A stretch of DNA of 64,000 bases from an uncultured Acidobacteriota bacterium (lineage in GTDB: Bacteria > Acidobacteriota > Terriglobia > UBA7540): assembly GCA_963804995.1 (NCBI GenBank), contig CAWDSK010000005.1:864001-928000 (forward strand), given 5' to 3'. Positions 58,568 to 64,000 of this stretch are shown piece after piece (within the stretch, counting starts at the first letter, position 1; every line of letters starts with the position of its first letter). The translations under genes and the position numbers were made by a program. A model generated the notes under the pieces. That model was given only the letters and a program-made list of their open reading frames with translations. It searched no databases and was not told the DNA's origin.

Positions 58568-59231
58568 CGACTGGGCTTCAAATGGCGTGCGAAGCGTGGA
58601 ACTAAAAATCAGGTTCGCTCCGTTCAAGGAACCTATTTATTATCTTGACAACAGCCACCCTATAGGCTAGAATCAGAATGGGAAGGGAGGCAGGTTCCGC
58701 CGGCCGGCGCTCCACTCCTTCGCCGCATGCGAGCGGAGCAAGATCAGTGGAAGGGGCGGGCTGACAATATGGCGCAATGGCCTTGTGACAGATTGTCCCT
58801 GAATGTAAAAGATACACAAAGCTGAGAACTTATAGAAAACAAAGGCTGCGAAACAAGGTTTTTGCTCCTGCCAAAGCTGAGAATGTACTGAAAGAAAACC
58901 CACTTACAAAGAATTCCAAAAGGCGAAATTCACAGGACATATTGCCCGACGCAGGGGACGCCAAATTGTCGGTGCTAGACGGCAGAAAAGTACCTAGCGC
59001 GAACCCGTTTCTGGTGTCCCGTATTCGAGTTGAGCACGGACAGGACCCCCTCACCCGCCTGCGAGCCGAAGCGGAAGTTATTTAACCTAGCATATTGCAG
59101 GACGGCGGCATTTGAGACCGCGACGGGCGCGAACTGTGCCGCCAGTGGTTAGCGGTGTCGTGCAAGACACTTGACCAAATCTTCGTCATCACCCAAAATT
59201 ACGGGTTCATATTTCTCTGGGAGGCAATACT

Positions 59232-60104
59232 ATGCAAATTGCTTGTGGCTACACGATTCCGATCACCCTCTTTGGAATTCCGCCTTCCCCCGCTGATCAT
59301 TTAAAAGGGATGGAGATCGTAGGACAGGCCGGATTCAAGTCCATTGAACTGGAGTTCTGCGATGTGCTCGTGGAAGAACACCGCCGCGATCTTCCCAAGA
59401 TGCAGGCTATCCTCAACAAGTATGGAATGCGTTGCGCTTCGATTATGGCGGTTGAGGAGAAAATGTTCAGTCTCGATCCCGCCATCAAAAGCAAGGCAAT
59501 GGCTGACTTCGATCAACTGGCTGGCCTCATCGCGAAGCTGGGGTCCCCATTGGTGACCATCTGCGGATACATGCCGCCTGAGATTCGTCCGCAGGGCACA
59601 GAGCTGTACGTTGGTGGCCCCCCCACCGCGGTCACAGTGAGCGACGATTTCTCCTGGCCAGCGTTTTGGGCGAACGCTGTTGACGTGTTCAAGCAATGTG
59701 CGGCGATGGCGAAGCGCCATGGGCTGACCTTGTTGATCGAGACGCGCGCCAACGACGTGTTCAGCTCCACCGATGCGCTGATGAACCTGATTCGCGAATC
59801 CGGCGCCACCGAATCGGGTGTAATCCTCGACGTCGCCCATGTGCACGCGGGCAAGGAATACCTGGCCCTGGTCATTCCCAAGCTGGGCAAACTGATCAAG
59901 CTCGTCCATCTCTCCGATAACGACGGCACGCAGGCTTATCACTATGCCCCTGGGAAGGGCATCATCGACTTTCGCGCCGTCATCCGGAGCCTCAAGCGTG
60001 CGGGCTTTGACGGGACCATCGTCGTGGACATTTCCGGCGTGCCGAACATCGTTGAGGAAGCCGTCAAAGCGCGCGACTACTTCCAACGGCTGATCGACGA
60101 GTAG
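59232..60104 (+). CDS. Sugar phosphate isomerase/epimerase (xylose isomerase-like TIM barrel)
   Basis: GFKSIEL, LLIE, LDVAH, VHLSDN, H..PG.G.IDF. Confidence 0.85.
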   Translation: MQIACGYTIPITLFGIPPSPADHLKGMEIVGQAGFKSIELEFCDVLVEEHRRDLPKMQAILNKYGMRCASIMAVEEKMFSLDPAIKSKAMADFDQLAGLIAKLGSPLVTICGYMPPEIRPQGTELYVGGPPTAVTVSDDFSWPAFWANAVDVFKQCAAMAKRHGLTLLIETRANDVFSSTDALMNLIRESGATESGVILDVAHVHAGKEYLALVIPKLGKLIKLVHLSDNDGTQAYHYAPGKGIIDFRAVIRSLKRAGFDGTIVVDISGVPNIVEEAVKARDYFQRLIDE

Positions 60105-60334
60105 TGGGCTGATCACAAGCGGCCGGGCGTTACTCGCTGATTCACCCTGGGGTCTAGCTTTAGTCGTAGTGCGTGAATTTGGTGCTGTGGCGGCGAGTTT
60201 ACCTCGCCCAATGGTCGTGTCCCGATCAGATCAGGATGAATGCCCCCACCTCTACCTCAAATTGAACCGCTATCATTTCGTTCGAGTGTTGGAAAAATAT
60301 ATGACATTTTGTTACTATGTCTCCAGGGTGATTC

Positions 60335-61126
60335 ATGAAGCTCCGTCCGCGATTGTTGGTGGTGCTTCTCACATTGGGACTGAGCACCGTCGTGATGGCC
60401 TTTCAGTTCGACGACTCTCCACGCTGGCGACTTGAAGAAAGTCCCACCGAAACCAACGAAAAAGCTGAGTTCACTTTCGGGCGGCTGCGGTTCGCGACGA
60501 GGCCTGGATCCTTCGGCGGCTGGCGCCGGGCTGGGTGGGCTGAGGATTTCCCCAAAGCTGACCGCCAGTTTGTTGAAGGCGTTCGGCGTCTCACCCGGCT
60601 TGACGCCCGCACGACTGAAAAGGTGATTGACCTGGATAGCGACGAAATCTTCAACTGGCCGTGGGTCTACGCCGTCAACGTCGGCCGTTGGGACTTCACC
60701 GACGCGCAGGCCAAGCGGATGCGCGAGTACTTGATGAGGGGCGGTTTCCTGTTGGCCGACAATTTCCACGGAGCTGCGGAATGGGAGACTTTCCTCGCGG
60801 GCATGCACAAGGTCTTCCCGGATCGCCCCGTCGAGGACCTGAAAAACACTGACGAGATTTTTCACGTGCTCTACGATCTGGACGAGCGCTTCCAGATCCC
60901 CGGATATCAGTACATCTGGACGGGCAAAACTTATGAAAGGGATGGCATTGAGCCGCATTGGCGCGCCATCCGCGACGACAAGGGCCGAATCCTGGTGGCC
61001 ATTTGCCACAACATGCACCTGGGAGACTCCTGGGAGCACGCTGACGATCCGCGCTACCCCGAGCGATTTTCCTCGCTGGGCTATCGTCTGGGAATTAATT
61101 ACATCGTTTATGCTATGACGCACTGA
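60335..61126 (+). CDS. DUF4159 domain protein, exported
   Basis: W.EDFPKAD, REYL.RGGFLLADNF, HNMHLGDSWE, LGINY.VYAMTH. Confidence 0.85.
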   Translation: MKLRPRLLVVLLTLGLSTVVMAFQFDDSPRWRLEESPTETNEKAEFTFGRLRFATRPGSFGGWRRAGWAEDFPKADRQFVEGVRRLTRLDARTTEKVIDLDSDEIFNWPWVYAVNVGRWDFTDAQAKRMREYLMRGGFLLADNFHGAAEWETFLAGMHKVFPDRPVEDLKNTDEIFHVLYDLDERFQIPGYQYIWTGKTYERDGIEPHWRAIRDDKGRILVAICHNMHLGDSWEHADDPRYPERFSSLGYRLGINYIVYAMTH

Positions 61127-61342
61127 CCGCAGGAAACGACCCTTGGCCTCACAACCAGGCAGCCGCATCGGGTACTTCCGCCATCTATAGTTTGCGAGAC
61201 TCTTTTTGAGCAATACCCAAAGGACCAAGCCGGGGCCCGGGGTTAGTGGCAGATTTACGCAAAGGCAAGGCCGGGCTCTGGGGCGTGCTGTGCTCTGCGG
61301 TTTTGCCACAAGTGCTCCGTCAATTCTGGCCCGAATGAAATT

Positions 61343-62770
61343 ATGAAGCGAAGAGATTTCCTCAAATCCGGGTGTGCAGGGGTCGCGGGATTCGGGGCGG
61401 CACGCCTCTTGGGGGCGCAGATGCATCCCGAATCGATGCCCGAGATGTCGGGAGCTGACATCACGCTCAAAATCTCTCCCGTGATTGTGCAGCTCGATCC
61501 GAATCGCGCCATCAGCACGGTCGGCTATAACGGCACGTCGCCCGGCCCCGTCTTGCGGATGCGCGAGGGTAAACCGGTTACCGTGGACGTACTGAACGAA
61601 ACCGATGTGCCGGAACTCGTGCACTGGCACGGGCAGTTCATCCCGCCGGAGGTCGACGGCTCGGAGGAGGAAGGCACGCCGATGGTCCCTGCCCACGGCC
61701 GCCGCCGGTATCAGTTTGTGCCGCGGCCCGCGGGCACGCGCTGGTATCACACTCACACGATGTCCGGCATTGACTTGCACCGCGGCACTTATACCGGACA
61801 GTTCGGCTTTGTACTTGTCGAATCGGCGCAGAATCCCGGCCGTTACGACCAGGAAGTTTTCCTGGCTCTGCGCGAGTGGGAACCGTTCCTGACCTCGGAA
61901 GATATGGATGAATCGGAAATGGGGGTCATCGGGGCTCAGCCGGAAAAGCCGGCGGTGCCTGACAAACGGCAAAACGGTTTGGAAGTCGGCTATCGAATAT
62001 TCTCCATCAATGACAAGGCACTCGGGGCAGGTGAACCGATTCGGGTGCGGCAGGGCCAGCGCCTGCTGGTGCACGTGCTCAACGCGAGCGCTACCGGAAA
62101 CCGGAGCATCGCCTTCGCGGGCCACCGGTTTCACGTCGTGGCCCTGGATGGAAACCCTGTGGCCTCGCCGCAATCGGTGGAAGTACTGGCGCTGGGTCCC
62201 GGCGAGCGCGTGGACGCCATCGTGGAAATGAATCGGCCCGGCATCTGGATTCTGGGCGCCACGAAAGATGACGACCGCAACGACGGGATGGGAATCATCG
62301 TCGAGTATGCCGACCAGCACGGAGATCCTCAGTGGGTCGCGCCCACTAATACCCAATGGGATTACACAATCTTCGGTACCCCCGCGTCGCGGCCGGCGCC
62401 CGATCAAACCATCGACATGGTGTTCGAAGTGATTCCCGGCGGCCCCTCAAACTTCAACCACTGGCTCGTGAACGGCAAGGAGTATCCGCACGAGCGTGAG
62501 TTCGTCCTGAAGGAGGGAGCGCGCTATCGCCTGGTCTTTCACAATCGCAGCGACGACGCTCACCCCTTACATATGCATCGGCATGTGTTCGAGCTCGTGG
62601 AAATTAATGGGAAGAAGACCTCCGGGGTGATTAAGGACACCGTCGTGGTGCCGAACTACGGGCGCGTTTCCGTGGATTTGCTCGCAGACCAGCCGGGGCT
62701 TACTCTCTTTCACTGTCATAATCAGCAGCACATGGACTTTGGCTTCAAGGCACTGTTCCGCTACGCGTGA
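61343..62770 (+). CDS. Tat-exported multicopper oxidase
   Basis: KRRDFLK; HWHG, WYHTH, HPLHMH.H, HCHNQQHM. Confidence 0.93.
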   Translation: MKRRDFLKSGCAGVAGFGAARLLGAQMHPESMPEMSGADITLKISPVIVQLDPNRAISTVGYNGTSPGPVLRMREGKPVTVDVLNETDVPELVHWHGQFIPPEVDGSEEEGTPMVPAHGRRRYQFVPRPAGTRWYHTHTMSGIDLHRGTYTGQFGFVLVESAQNPGRYDQEVFLALREWEPFLTSEDMDESEMGVIGAQPEKPAVPDKRQNGLEVGYRIFSINDKALGAGEPIRVRQGQRLLVHVLNASATGNRSIAFAGHRFHVVALDGNPVASPQSVEVLALGPGERVDAIVEMNRPGIWILGATKDDDRNDGMGIIVEYADQHGDPQWVAPTNTQWDYTIFGTPASRPAPDQTIDMVFEVIPGGPSNFNHWLVNGKEYPHEREFVLKEGARYRLVFHNRSDDAHPLHMHRHVFELVEINGKKTSGVIKDTVVVPNYGRVSVDLLADQPGLTLFHCHNQQHMDFGFKALFRYA

Positions 62771-63046
62771 GCGTGCCCACGTTGGCACGATGGTTTTTGT
62801 AGAGGCCGCCTTCAGGCGGGCAAGTCTTTGATCCTATGCTGCCGCGCATATGGGTGCCGCTACGCAAAGCAACGTTCAGACGCTTCAACCCCCTCCCCCT
62901 GACTGTTTCGAGAGGCCATCTGGGCTCCATATGAAACCGACCTTCGCGGCAGAATTGATTCTCCATGGCGCCCATGGCAGTTTGTTTTCTGCCGTGGGCT
63001 TTGGGAGCTCGCACAAACGAACCAGAGGCTCCTTCAGGGTGCGATA

Positions 63047-63559
63047 TTACCGCCTGCTGAAGCCGTGCCATTCACCGCCGCGACCCACAAACGCGTGGCC
63101 TCGCCAGAATCCTCCGATGCCCACGCTTACCACCGGACCCGGGTAGTAGGCAGGCGGGTAATACACCGGCCCGTAACTTACGTATGGGTAATAGAAAGGA
63201 TCGGGGTAATAGCCGGACCAGTAGGGAGTTGGGACATAAGAGAAGCCGAACGCAAAGCTAGACCCTCCGTAGCCACCCCGGTACCCACCAAATCCTCCTT
63301 CAAACCTTCCTCGAGCGGTTTGCCCGGAGAATTGGCCGCTAAATCCTCGTCCCGTGTAGCCTCCGCTGCCATAGCCGCTTCCGGTGTAGCCGCTTCCGCC
63401 CCCGTAGGTGCGTCCGCTATAACCGCTTCCACTGGAACTATGTCCGCTCGAACCGCCAATGGAGTGTCCGCCGCCCGATCGCGAGCTGCCATGCCCTTGG
63501 GCAAAGCCAGTTGTGGCCAGCGCTAGTCCGATGACCATCACTATCAAAAGCCTTTTCAT
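63047..63559 (-). CDS. Exported Gly/Ser/Tyr/Pro-rich low-complexity protein
   Basis: Signal peptide MKRLLIV...AQ, GGAGG RBS, G-rich then YYP-rich segment. Confidence 0.7.
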   Translation of the reverse strand: MKRLLIVMVIGLALATTGFAQGHGSSRSGGGHSIGGSSGHSSSGSGYSGRTYGGGSGYTGSGYGSGGYTGRGFSGQFSGQTARGRFEGGFGGYRGGYGGSSFAFGFSYVPTPYWSGYYPDPFYYPYVSYGPVYYPPAYYPGPVVSVGIGGFWRGHAFVGRGGEWHGFSRR

Positions 63560-63892
63560 TTCAGCCTCCTGCCCCCGTGCACTCATGTGGTCCTTGCCTA
63601 GAGGAGCCATCCAGATGGGCAGGGGCAATTAATGTGCCAATTCTAATCAGGCGTAAGTTCCTGGAAAATCAAGGCACGAACTCAGTCGCGGGTGAACGAA
63701 ATCCACCATGTAGGTGGTGGATTTTGGCCGGTGCATGATTTGGGGTTTCCGATGAAAAACCTCGGGACGGGGCCACCAAAAGTATCGAGGACTTGTTCTT
63801 TGGGCCCACGGATTTTTATTATCAATTGGGGATTGACCCGCCGCCTCCGCAATGGGTGCACGCCTGGGAAATGAAATTCTGGGAAAGTGGGG

Positions 63893-63930
63893 TTGAAATA
63901 AGTTCTCTCTTACGGCTATAATAGCCGTAA
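63893..63930 (+). promoter_or_regulatory. Sigma70-like promoter with a perfect palindromic operator over the -10 box
   Basis: TTGAAA (63893), 18 bp, TATAAT (63917); TTACGGCTAT-A-ATAGCCGTAA at 63910-63930. Confidence 0.7.
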
Positions 63931-63939
63931 GGAGGAACC

Positions 63940-64000
63940 ATGGCTCAGTCTTTTGAAGTTCCTGGTCCGGTCCGTGAGCTTGCCGCTCGGTTGGGTCAGT
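63940..64000 (+). CDS. Start of an unknown CDS (MAQSFEVPGPVRELAARLGQ...), truncated by the window end
   Basis: AAGGAGG RBS and promoter upstream. Confidence 0.6.
   Translation, partial: MAQSFEVPGPVRELAARLGQ

Noticed and set aside
58580..59230. Riboswitch or ncRNA in long intergenic regions (also 51190-51300 and 35000-35360)
   Set aside because: Only short hairpins, with no family consensus I can recognise; an Rfam covariance search would be needed
60165..60274. Degenerate IS1-like MITE (GTAGTGCGTGAATTTG ... CAAATTGAACCGCTATC)
   Set aside because: The ends match only weakly and there is no clear target duplication
63047..63559. Gly-rich ORF as a RiPP precursor or multicopper oxidase substrate
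   Set aside because: Ordinary Sec signal, convergent orientation to the oxidase, and no maturation genes adjacent

Overview
GC-rich bacterial chromosomal window; gene content and style suggest Acidobacteriota (Terriglobia-like), which is an inference. It carries housekeeping and metabolic genes (pyrD/pyrK, aminotransferase, 2-hydroxyacid dehydrogenase, maeB) and many carbohydrate-active or catabolic genes: GH38, two GH2, a duplicated amidohydrolase pair, and an enolase-superfamily/MFS/AGE/LarA cluster. It has two complete IS elements: an IS1-family element with passenger genes and an IS1182-family element in a REP hairpin loop. Several MITE/REP families, a VapBC pair and a small WYL/PD-(D/E)XK accessory island are also present. 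The most notable items are (1) a radical SAM/SPASM protein whose N-terminal extension resembles archaeal GMGT synthase (Gms), a candidate for bacterial membrane-spanning lipid cross-linking; (2) a B12-binding radical SAM gene followed by a lipoprotein-like ORF with a CDPLPPP motif, a candidate protein-modification system; (3) mobile elements targeting hairpin loops; and (4) a Tat signal peptide cut off from an AGE epimerase by one in-frame amber codon. No rRNA, tRNA or CRISPR array was recognised. All family calls come from motif recognition by eye, not database searches.
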